Below are positions 32,952 through 40,094 of a DNA stretch of 40,094 bases, piece by piece. A program made the position numbers and the translations under genes. Each line of letters begins with the position of its first letter. The stretch's first letter is position 1. The notes below the pieces were generated by a model. It had not been told where the DNA came from and made no database searches. It saw only the letters and a program-made list of their open reading frames with translations. The DNA is from a virus: IMG/VR virus record IMGVR_UViG_3300045988_174260; one strand, written 5' to 3'.

Positions 32952-33442
32952 ATGTTCTGATTGCGATTGACAAACAGGATAAGGTTTTAACTCACATTGG
33001 TCAGAGCTTGGAAAGCTTTCTGGATAAGGGATTTTTTACCTCAATAAATGAGGTAGTGCCGACCACAAAAGAAATTAACCTATTTATGACTAATAGGTGG
33101 GACAATATGGGAATAGAGTTTATTTTGAGGTTGCGAACTTCCTCTGTTACCTCTGATAGAGCCACGCATCAAAAACTTGTCTCTTCAAACACACAAACGC
33201 CATTTGGTTTTAGGCTCCTGCATACAGCAAATACCCTTTTGCAAAAAGAGGGTTGGGGCGAATTTGGGTTTAACCCATGCACGGAATTTAAGGGGTTGCC
33301 GGGTTGGATAGACTTTATTGATATTGAAATTGCCAATGTGGCAGACAAGAAAGACCTCTCTGCTCTAGGGGACGGAAAAGTTTTTGCAAGTAGCGTTGCT
33401 AAATGGATGAATAAGGCCGCAAAATATCTTCAAACAAGGTGA
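32948..33442 (+). CDS. Hypothetical protein (164 aa).
   Basis: Its ATG overlaps the upstream stop (ATGA). Confidence 0.5.
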   Translation: MNVLIAIDKQDKVLTHIGQSLESFLDKGFFTSINEVVPTTKEINLFMTNRWDNMGIEFILRLRTSSVTSDRATHQKLVSSNTQTPFGFRLLHTANTLLQKEGWGEFGFNPCTEFKGLPGWIDFIDIEIANVADKKDLSALGDGKVFASSVAKWMNKAAKYLQTR

Positions 33443-33802
33443 TTATAAATCCTTGTTGAACAAATAATCATCAATAACCTTACACTCTCTCATAGACAAC
33501 GGGGATTGCTTGTAATACATGCGAATCCCCGTTCTTTTTGCACTTCTTACATCTAGATATGACAGAGGCATACACCTGTTTGTCCTATAGAGTTTTTTAA
33601 AGCGGGCAGAACGCCATTCTCTGTTCCTGCGGGCGGCTATGCAAAAATCCAGAGCCTTTACTGCATCTCCTGTTAATGTTTTTTGTATAAACTTGGTTGG
33701 AGAATAAGACCTCTGTCTTAGAAGCGCAGATAATGGGTTGCCCACAGAAAAAAGTTCCAGTATTTCGTAAAACTCTTTATCCGTAAGCCTGTTTAACTTC
33801 AT
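33443..33802 (-). CDS. Hypothetical protein (119 aa).
   Basis: Last gene of the minus-strand replication and recombination operon. Confidence 0.5.
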   Translation of the reverse strand: MKLNRLTDKEFYEILELFSVGNPLSALLRQRSYSPTKFIQKTLTGDAVKALDFCIAARRNREWRSARFKKLYRTNRCMPLSYLDVRSAKRTGIRMYYKQSPLSMRECKVIDDYLFNKDL

Positions 33803-34371
33803 TATGCTAGCTGGAATTTTTTAGATGCCTCTTTTTGAAAGGAGGTGTAAATGGACGGGTGGCACAAGCAATGCCCCATTCGAGACAACACATACGCATC
33901 TGCTTCGTTATTGTTTTTAGAATCTATCTGCCACCTTTTAAGAACAGCGGTCATTATAAGTCCTTTTTCTCCAACACCTTTTCCGGTAGCAAATTTCTTT
34001 AGGGTTGTTGGAGGGAAAACAATTATATTTGAAATCCCTGATGAAAAAAGGATGTGTTTTACCACTCCTCCAAGCTCTCCCAAATGAACGATTTTGCCGA
34101 ACCGCGAAAAGGCATAATTCTCTATACATACCAGAACCTTTTCCGCTGGCGTCTGCGCTAGGATTGTGTCCTTGATGTTCTCTAGTTGGTTGGCAAAATC
34201 AGAAAGCCTCTGGGGGCCTTTGTGAGGGCTTGAAAGGGTGGTTGTATAATCAGAGGCTACTCCTGACTTATGATGAAACACAGAACACCCTGTAGCGGTT
34301 AGTGAGAGGTCTAAACCCAGAAAACAGTTGAACCCTTCAAAAAGCTTTGTTTCTACTTTGTTTTCTTCCAT
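33802..34371 (-). CDS. RuvC-like Holliday junction resolvase.
   Basis: The catalytic-motif series is GLDLSLTATG, CIENYAF and NNNEADAYVLSRMG, corresponding to the RuvC pattern D...E...(D/E)AxDA. Confidence 0.7.
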   Translation of the reverse strand: MEENKVETKLFEGFNCFLGLDLSLTATGCSVFHHKSGVASDYTTTLSSPHKGPQRLSDFANQLENIKDTILAQTPAEKVLVCIENYAFSRFGKIVHLGELGGVVKHILFSSGISNIIVFPPTTLKKFATGKGVGEKGLIMTAVLKRWQIDSKNNNEADAYVLSRMGHCLCHPSIYTSFQKEASKKFQLA

Positions 34372-34613
34372 GATTTTTTCTCTGATGAAGCGAATCTAAA
34401 ATCTACTAGTTCAAAACGCGATTCTTTTTGAGCCATTACTATTCCTCCATTGTAGCTCTTCTTGAGGACAACAACGCCAAACGGAGAACTTTGCTCGAAT
34501 TCGGCCTCATTGTTTTTCTGAATAGCGGCGATAGCTTCGGCTGTGGTGAACCAAACATCGTCCTCTGTTTCTTTTCTCTTAGGGGGGCGCCCCCTTCTGC
34601 TTTCACTTTTCAT
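34353..34613 (-). CDS. Small protein with an AT-hook-like motif (86 aa).
   Basis: The N-terminus contains RRGRPPKRK. Confidence 0.45.
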   Translation of the reverse strand: MKSESRRGRPPKRKETEDDVWFTTAEAIAAIQKNNEAEFEQSSPFGVVVLKKSYNGGIVMAQKESRFELVDFRFASSEKKSWKKTK

Positions 34614-34977
34614 TATCTAATTCTTCCTTTGCTAACCTATATGCCTCTGCTCCTTCCATTGCTGGATTATTGTTATATATTTCCACCGCTTTGCGTAATC
34701 TTTTTTTTACTATCTCACCTTTCTCTGTAATTATTTCCAAAGGATTTTTGTAGCCCAATTTAATTAGAATACGCATGGAGAGAATAATAATATCCGCGCA
34801 TTCAAAAGCCATATCTTTTTTTGTTTTTGCCGAGATGAGTTCTTCCACCTCTTGTTTGAGATGACCAATTAGGGCTTCTTTAGTTTCTTCAACTCCTAGA
34901 AAATTTTTAAAGACGGTTGTTATCTCTCTGGAAATATTATAAATCCTAGTGTTTCTTTCGTTCTCGAAAAGATTCAT
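34603..34977 (-). CDS. mazG: MazG-like all-alpha nucleoside triphosphate pyrophosphohydrolase.
   Basis: LKQEVEELISA....FECADIIIL matches the MazG metal-binding pattern ExxE(x)nExxD. The 124-aa size fits. Confidence 0.65.
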   Translation of the reverse strand: MNLFENERNTRIYNISREITTVFKNFLGVEETKEALIGHLKQEVEELISAKTKKDMAFECADIIILSMRILIKLGYKNPLEIITEKGEIVKKRLRKAVEIYNNNPAMEGAEAYRLAKEELDNEK

Positions 34978-35027
34978 AGTTTAATTCTCTCCGTAAATAA
35001 TTCTATCGATATATTTTTTAATTTCAC

Positions 35028-35336
35028 TTAGTGCCATAACATAGTTTTTTTGACAAATCGGGGTCTTCCTTCACCAATGAAAAGTTTAGCTTTTAATTCT
35101 TTAGTGTTGTCTTTTTCTCTTGTTTTTAACAAGGTTTTTGCATATTCCATGGCAAAATTCTCTCTATAAAACTCTTTCCCTTCTACCGACCACTTTTTTA
35201 GAATAGTGGGACATTTAAAATCTGGTTTTAAAAAAGTAGGAACATTAATTTTTACTACTCGCGTATAATTGTTTCTATTGTTCTTATCACATACTAAGAA
35301 ACAATTTTCTGATTCAATAGTGGTTTCGTATTCCAT
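35028..35336 (-). CDS. Hypothetical protein (102 aa).
   Basis: The track ORF is 35028..35537. I moved the start to ATG 35336 (MEYETT), immediately after the stop of the upstream 117-aa ORF. Confidence 0.45.
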   Translation of the reverse strand: MEYETTIESENCFLVCDKNNRNNYTRVVKINVPTFLKPDFKCPTILKKWSVEGKEFYRENFAMEYAKTLLKTREKDNTKELKAKLFIGEGRPRFVKKTMLWH

Positions 35337-35340
35337 ACAA

Positions 35341-35694
35341 TTAGACTTTTGGTTGCCAGTTGTCACAGAACCCTTCATAAGCTTGTGCAAAGGGACAGCG
35401 AAAACACTCACTACAGGGGGTAGCGTAGGGATGCGTCCCTTCGTGAGCACAGTTCTCACAGATTCGTTCTGCTTGCGGAGTAGTCCACATTCTGTATCTA
35501 CGGCGGCATTTCCACGCTTCCCGAACAACCATTCCATAGCTACATTCTTTATCTCTAAAGTGATGAAGCAATTCTGTGTTTATTTGGTAGCCACGGTCTT
35601 TCAATACACTACGAACATGGGTGTGAAAAACAGAGGCTCCGCCCCATGTCACTCCAAAGTCGTAAAAAGCTTTCTGTTCAGGCGTCATTTTCAT
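35341..35694 (-). CDS. Cys/His-rich small protein (117 aa), probably metal-binding.
   Basis: The cluster is CENCAHEGTHPYATPCSECFRCPF. Its function is not recognised. Confidence 0.5.
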   Translation of the reverse strand: MKMTPEQKAFYDFGVTWGGASVFHTHVRSVLKDRGYQINTELLHHFRDKECSYGMVVREAWKCRRRYRMWTTPQAERICENCAHEGTHPYATPCSECFRCPFAQAYEGFCDNWQPKV

Positions 35695-35793
35695 TTTTTT
35701 CTTTTATTTTGAATAAAATATATTGAATTAGCATGCAAATTGCCAATGCGAGTGATAGCAAAAATGCAACAATATCCCATAAATTAACGACAA

Positions 35794-36912
35794 TCATTTC
35801 TTCACAATCCTTTCTTTTTGTTTTCTTTCTTCAATAAAGTCGCCAAATATTTTATTGAATTGCTCATTCGATATTTTTCTTGTTTGCTTGCCGTTCACGA
35901 TATTCTGATGCTTGTGAAAAGCATCTTCCAACTTAGCTACAGAAATAGCAATAGCATCTATGAAGTCTTCTTGAGGAATAACTTGCTGACATCTAGCTAT
36001 ACCTTCCTTCTTAAACGTTCTTACAGTGTTTCCCTCCTTTAGGGCAAGACCGTCAATCTCTTCACCGTTTTTCAGGAGTTCAAAGCACGAATCTTCAATT
36101 TCTTTGGCGACTTTTTGTGCAAGTTTCGCCGTAAAAAACAATTTACTCCTTTCGGAGGGATTCATTTGTATCAGACTGGAAGAAAACTTTGTAGAAGGTA
36201 CTGCAATCGTCTGCATCGCATTGATAGGGGCCTTGCAACGTGAGAACCCTTTGCAGTATTGACAATGGGCATTAGCAATGGGTTCGCTATTCTCTTTAGT
36301 TCTCCTGCATATCTCCACTACCTCTTGTTCAGCCTCCTTAATATCCTCTTCACTGTACCTTACTATCACAGGATAAGAGGTGACAAGGGGTTGAACAATG
36401 GCGCATGAGACCGATTTTATGTGGCAGTCATGATAATTCCTTTCAATATGTTGCTTACAGCATAGGGCTAACCCTCTAATCTGGTGATTAGTTTGGGTAG
36501 ATTCTTGCTCTATGGGTCCCGTTTTGTAATCAATAATCAACAAATGGAATCCTTCTTCATTGTGTTTGCCAAAAACCAAGTCAGGTTTTCCAGAAAAAAG
36601 AGGCTCTTCACCCTTTAAAAAGAAGCATCTTTCTTCCTTCATAACCTCCTCAAACTTATCATCCCCTGCCCAAATAGAAGCAACTTCTGTTGCAATCCTT
36701 TTACAGGCAATCATTAGCTTCGTTTCTTCCTCATTGAGATGAATGTTTTGGTAAGCAAGATATTGATGAATGCGGTTGCCTCTTTCTGCCATTTCGGAGG
36801 TTGAGCCGTTATCTTCTATGTCGTATTTCAAGGAGTATGGACAACAGGCTAAGCGAGCCAAGCTTGAGCATGAAGGAAGTCCTTGTCTTTCTGTGTTTTT
36901 TTTCGTGTTCAT
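35794..36912 (-). CDS. PD-(D/E)XK exonuclease with a Cas4/AddB-type 4Fe-4S cysteine cluster.
   Basis: GKPDLVF...LLIIDYKTG carries the D...(D/E)xK core. The N-terminal Cys lie in LARLACCPYS. The C-terminal CQYCKGFSRC has the CX2CX5C spacing. Confidence 0.7.
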   Translation of the reverse strand: MNTKKNTERQGLPSCSSLARLACCPYSLKYDIEDNGSTSEMAERGNRIHQYLAYQNIHLNEEETKLMIACKRIATEVASIWAGDDKFEEVMKEERCFFLKGEEPLFSGKPDLVFGKHNEEGFHLLIIDYKTGPIEQESTQTNHQIRGLALCCKQHIERNYHDCHIKSVSCAIVQPLVTSYPVIVRYSEEDIKEAEQEVVEICRRTKENSEPIANAHCQYCKGFSRCKAPINAMQTIAVPSTKFSSSLIQMNPSERSKLFFTAKLAQKVAKEIEDSCFELLKNGEEIDGLALKEGNTVRTFKKEGIARCQQVIPQEDFIDAIAISVAKLEDAFHKHQNIVNGKQTRKISNEQFNKIFGDFIEERKQKERIVKK

Positions 36913-37001
36913 ATCTTTATTTATTATTAGAATCTATATCTCTCATACATATTTTATCAATAATGACTATGATTCCACACGTGATTATAGTCATAACAAC
37001 A

Positions 37002-37880
37002 TCATTCATTCCCTTCTTTCTTTCTGAATATAGGTTGTTCTTCTACTTTGTTATTATCGTCAGAAAAAGCTTCCTCTTTGGAAATTGCGCCTGTCTTGAT
37101 AGCATTAAAAAGGCCAATCAGCATGACAATTTCTGATTCCTTGCAACTCTCTATCTTGTGCTTCAAATAAGCTTCAAGCATTTCTTTTGTGACCCCTATC
37201 TTCGAGAAAGCTATTACACAGTCTTCTACCCTTTGCAAAAGCGGCTTATCAGAGGCTCTAAGGGTGTTTTGGCACGCCTCGGAAGCCTCTTGTCTGATGA
37301 AGTCCGGGAGAACTGACCAAATGCACGCACGAATGCGCCTTGATGCCATGTTTGCGCAAATTTCATATATATCCCTGTCCGAGTAAAGAGCATAGCCGCC
37401 TTCTTTAGTATCTCTCCAATGAGGAACGGAAAAAGCAATCTCTCTTCTAATGTTGTTTTCTTTGTCCCAGCAGAATGCTATGCAGTCAGAGCAAATGCGG
37501 CCTTTTTCGTCCACATGTTCTCCAATCTTCCTCCAACCCGCCTCCGCATTCCCATACGCCGTTAGGCAAGCGTTTGCTAAATGGATTGTCTCTCCGGAAA
37601 TGGAAGAACCACCTCTTTTGTATTCAAAGAAAGCCGTGTTCGCTAAATGCCGAAAAGAGCAAAGCTGGCGTATCTTAGAAGAAACTTCCAGCATATTTCT
37701 CGGCATTTGTTTTGCTATATATATAGAGGCGAGAGCTTCCAAAGATTCTTTGTTAGAAAGGACGTTGGCTAGAGGATTCCCAGCGAGAGGAGCAATCATG
37801 GGCATACTATCGCCAGCCGCAAATGGTATTGATTCGTTTGTTTCTGACATGGCCTCATAATATCGTTTTTCCCTCCGCAT
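37002..37880 (-). CDS. Rad52/Sak-like single-strand annealing protein (tentative).
   Basis: ISGETIHLANACLTAYGNAEAGW resembles the Rad52 motif IEGHRVINLANEMFGYNGW, recalled from memory. It lies directly upstream of the exonuclease gene, the usual exo plus SSAP pairing. The start could be Met11 at 37850. Confidence 0.45.
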   Translation of the reverse strand: MRREKRYYEAMSETNESIPFAAGDSMPMIAPLAGNPLANVLSNKESLEALASIYIAKQMPRNMLEVSSKIRQLCSFRHLANTAFFEYKRGGSSISGETIHLANACLTAYGNAEAGWRKIGEHVDEKGRICSDCIAFCWDKENNIRREIAFSVPHWRDTKEGGYALYSDRDIYEICANMASRRIRACIWSVLPDFIRQEASEACQNTLRASDKPLLQRVEDCVIAFSKIGVTKEMLEAYLKHKIESCKESEIVMLIGLFNAIKTGAISKEEAFSDDNNKVEEQPIFRKKEGNE

Positions 37881-37909
37881 GCAATATTTTTCTTTTTTTT
37901 TTCTTGCGT

Positions 37910-38326
37910 ATGACAGGTGACATGTCTATAAATAGCCGCATGCAGAAAGAACTACCACAAGAACAACTGTCGGCATTTTCTAAGTTTGCAGTCCAGAACG
38001 AAGAGTTGTGCAAGCTCATGATGCAAAGAGTGGGATTCAAAATCACTCCAATGGTTTGGAACAAAGCGAAATGGAATCCGGCTCAAATGTCTGTCAAAAA
38101 GCTCACCCACCTCCGCGCCTTTTATCCTGCGGCATTTGGGTTAGAGGATGAGCCTAATAGCGATTTTTTGAAGTCTCTGTACTACCTCCACATTTCCAAC
38201 AGAATACTTTCAGGAGAAATTGAACCTCTTATTGAAGATAAGGATTTTGCGACCTATATGCCTTACGCCCATTTTGTTTTACCGATAGACGATTTTACAA
38301 AAAACGCCCTTTCTAAATTCATGTAA
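37910..38326 (+). CDS. Hypothetical protein (138 aa), possibly a replication initiation partner by position.
   Basis: The track ORF is 37823..38326. I moved the start to ATG 37910 to clear the divergent 37002..37880 gene. It lies upstream of the DnaC-like ATPase. Confidence 0.45.
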   Translation: MTGDMSINSRMQKELPQEQLSAFSKFAVQNEELCKLMMQRVGFKITPMVWNKAKWNPAQMSVKKLTHLRAFYPAAFGLEDEPNSDFLKSLYYLHISNRILSGEIEPLIEDKDFATYMPYAHFVLPIDDFTKNALSKFM

Positions 38327-38335
38327 AAAACGAAA

Positions 38336-38968
38336 ATGAACTATCCACTTGACGACTATCCGCTAGAAGAAATGGAACGAAAATCTGTTCCGAGGTTGGT
38401 AAAAGACATTTTAGATTTAGACCAATTATTGAAAGGGTTAGATAAAATACCGCTAACAAGTGAAGAAGAAAAGGAAGAGTGGAGAAGGAAGGAAAAAGAG
38501 AAAGAAAGGGTGAAAGGCTGGGAAAAACGGCTAAAAGAATCAGGCGTTCCTTTAGCGTTTTACCAAGCTTGCGTTCAAAAAAAAATCGTTCAATGCAAGC
38601 TTTTCCCGGGGATGAATCAAGTAAAAGCTCGTAGCTGGTTTTTTGCCTCTTCGAAGAAAGGGAAAACCTTTTCCGCTTGCAACCTAATTGCGAAAGAATT
38701 GTGGGAGGGAAGAAGAGGGTTGTATTTAAAGGCCGTCGACCTAGAAAGAGAATTATCAAGTTTTCGTCCTCAAGAAGAACTCTTAAGGAAATATCAAAGA
38801 GTACCTTTTCTTGTAGTGGACGATTTTGAAGGAATGCGGATGAGTGTGAATTCATCCTGCAATTTTATAGCATTCCTCAAAAAAAGAAACGATTCCGGAT
38901 TGTGCTCTTTTATTATAATGAGAGAACGTACTTTTTTTGCGGAACAGATAGAACGGGCGACTACTTGA
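38336..38968 (+). CDS. DnaC/IstB-like AAA+ ATPase, a putative helicase loader.
   Basis: Walker A is ASSKKGKT (AxxxxGKT) and Walker B is FLVVDDFE. The 210-aa size fits. Confidence 0.55.
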   Translation: MNYPLDDYPLEEMERKSVPRLVKDILDLDQLLKGLDKIPLTSEEEKEEWRRKEKEKERVKGWEKRLKESGVPLAFYQACVQKKIVQCKLFPGMNQVKARSWFFASSKKGKTFSACNLIAKELWEGRRGLYLKAVDLERELSSFRPQEELLRKYQRVPFLVVDDFEGMRMSVNSSCNFIAFLKKRNDSGLCSFIIMRERTFFAEQIERATT

Positions 38969-39008
38969 GCAAAACAATAAGTAACACGGAATAAGATTGT
39001 TATAAAAA

Positions 39009-39041
39009 AGCCCTGTAGCCATTTTCGTAGGCTACAGGGCT
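39009..39041 (-). terminator. Intrinsic terminator for the leftward (amidoligase/GATase) operon. It may act weakly in both directions.
   Basis: AGCCCTGTAGCC (39009-39020) pairs with GGCTACAGGGCT (39030-39041) as a 12-bp perfect stem with a 9-nt loop. On the minus strand the stem is followed by TTTTTTATA. Confidence 0.8.
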
Positions 39042-39065
39042 TGAATGCCGGATTTTTATGACAGA

Positions 39066-39755
39066 CTATTGCACTCTCTTTTCAGGTATTAAAACGTTAT
39101 TTAATGAATAGTATTTTTTTGTATAGTGATATTTTTTAGAATACTTTGAATAACCTAAATTGTGATTGTAGTAAAGTTCATCTCCATACGATGAACAAGT
39201 GTATTTAGCATTATACTTTAGATAAGAAGAGTTAGAGAAATAGGCAAATTTATTTTTATCTGGTCTTTGAAAATCGCCATAAAAAAGCATCTCTCCTTTT
39301 TTCCAAAATACAAATTTATTTGAGCCGAGGACGGCATTAACCATGTTGTCTATATCGTCATTGTTTTCCTGGATGCAATACTCACCAAAAGCTGGCAAAA
39401 ATAGGTATCGGAAAAAAGTTTCGCTATCTGTTAGATCGTCTTTGTTTTTAATGCTCAAGATTCCATTATGGCAAAAGTACCAGCCATTTCCATTCCAGCC
39501 ATGAACGTTTTTTTCTGAAATTGAGCCATGCGTTTTGATGCGAGCATGCAAGAGGACAACATAATCTTTTGGGATTGTGTTCCACAAATTAACAATTTCT
39601 TTTTTTAAAAGGGTACGAATAAAATATTCTGGCTTTTCTTGGCATGTACCTCTTTTAAATGCGGCTAAAAAGAAGCCGTCAGGGTTGTTTGTGATGCAAT
39701 TTTGAAAATGTTGATTGCCAATATCTTTTTTGATTCCGTACGCGATAATACACAT
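39066..39755 (-). CDS. YafJ-type class-II glutamine amidotransferase-like Cys-Ntn amidohydrolase.
   Basis: The N-terminus is Met-Cys (MCIIAYG). The motifs LLHARIKTHG, NVHGW, FCHNGIL and LTDSETFFRY line up by eye with E. coli YafJ (AHIRQANRG, THPF, AHNGQL, ETDSEKAF, recalled from memory). Confidence 0.78.
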   Translation of the reverse strand: MCIIAYGIKKDIGNQHFQNCITNNPDGFFLAAFKRGTCQEKPEYFIRTLLKKEIVNLWNTIPKDYVVLLHARIKTHGSISEKNVHGWNGNGWYFCHNGILSIKNKDDLTDSETFFRYLFLPAFGEYCIQENNDDIDNMVNAVLGSNKFVFWKKGEMLFYGDFQRPDKNKFAYFSNSSYLKYNAKYTCSSYGDELYYNHNLGYSKYSKKYHYTKKYYSLNNVLIPEKRVQ

Positions 39756-39770
39756 ATTGTTTTTTCTAGT

Positions 39771-40094
39771 TTAGTTTTTTCCGTATTTATCAATGATAGA
39801 TTTAACGCCTAGAGTTAATTCTAGGGCTAATTTTTCTTCTTCTTGTGTTTCGTAAAATATTTTTATGAAAGTATATTGCCATTGAGGTGAATATGACATT
39901 TTCATGCCTTTTTTGATTAAATAGTTTATGACGTCCTGCCTTATCTTTCCAAATGTTTCTGCTGATAGTGTTTTTTTGTAAACATTTACAAATTCAATGT
40001 TTAAACTGCCAACCAAGGAAGAGATGCAACACTCTAGCTTTTTCTTCTCCATTGTTGTATCGGTTTTCTTCTCCATTGTTGTATCGGTTTTCTT
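39771..40094 (-). CDS. Body of the octapeptide-repeat protein. The reconstructed circular ORF is 39771..40039 plus 1..157, about 141 aa. No recognisable domain.
   Basis: The ORF track gives 39771..40076. The frame stays open to the window edge (KKTDTT precedes Met 40076). The C-terminal roughly 90 aa are non-repetitive (KLECCISSLVGSLNIEF...). Confidence 0.65.
   Translation of the reverse strand, partial: KKTDTTMEKKTDTTMEKKKLECCISSLVGSLNIEFVNVYKKTLSAETFGKIRQDVINYLIKKGMKMSYSPQWQYTFIKIFYETQEEEKLALELTLGVKSIIDKYGKN
40040..40094. repeat. Exact 55-nt copy of window positions 1-55. This is a terminal overlap of a circularly closed contig.
   Basis: 40040-40094 compared base by base with 1-55: identical. 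The window ends before the next position can be compared (position 56 is c). Confidence 0.95.

Noticed and set aside
35337-35537. 67-codon N-terminal extension of ORF 35028..35537.
   Set aside because: It overlaps the Cys-rich 117-aa ORF by about 200 nt in another frame. An internal ATG at 35336 starts right after that gene's stop.
1-40094. Stop-codon reassignment, diversity-generating retroelement, introns or inteins.
   Set aside because: Long virion genes are uninterrupted under the standard code. No reverse transcriptase or template/variable repeat pair is evident. TerL, portal and the nuclease have contiguous motif orders.

Overview
The window is one complete, circularly closed phage genome. 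Its first 55 nt are identical to its last 55 nt, so the unique length is 40,039 bp. No homology search was possible; every call rests on motifs read by eye, gene order, size and spacing.

Gene organisation:
- **Virion module (7.3-29.3 kb, + strand).** It is T7-like: TerL, portal, scaffold, major capsid, gp11-like adaptor, an enlarged gp12-like nozzle, three internal or ejection proteins (one of 2,044 aa) and a short tail fibre.
- **Polymerases.** I recognised no RNA polymerase and no DNA polymerase.
- **Replication and recombination genes (33.4-39.0 kb).** These are a RuvC-like resolvase, a MazG-like pyrophosphatase, a Cas4-like Fe-S PD-(D/E)XK nuclease, a Rad52/Sak-like annealing protein and a DnaC-like ATPase.

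Most interesting signals:
1. An AT-rich leftward operon crosses the contig junction. Its last four genes are an Amidoligase_2-type COOH-NH2 ligase, an unannotated 31-aa membrane micropeptide, a protein whose N-terminus is about 7 tandem octapeptides (encoded by a 24-bp tandem DNA array), and a YafJ-type Cys-Ntn (class-II GATase-like) amidohydrolase. This is a candidate amide-bond or peptide-tagging system of unknown target.
2. A block of about 2.4 kb (4.94-7.35 kb) has a coding strand of about 80% purine and only about 4-10% C. It spans several genes, including a conserved amidase endolysin.
3. A structure-prone divergent control region combines a 55-nt polypyrimidine tract with G9 and G10 runs, next to about 0.9 kb of non-coding DNA.
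4. A 1-kb non-coding region at 30.2-31.2 kb holds two related perfect palindromes, tandem terminators and GGTTAGAGAAA repeats. The GTTAGAGR core recurs upstream of other predicted transcription units.
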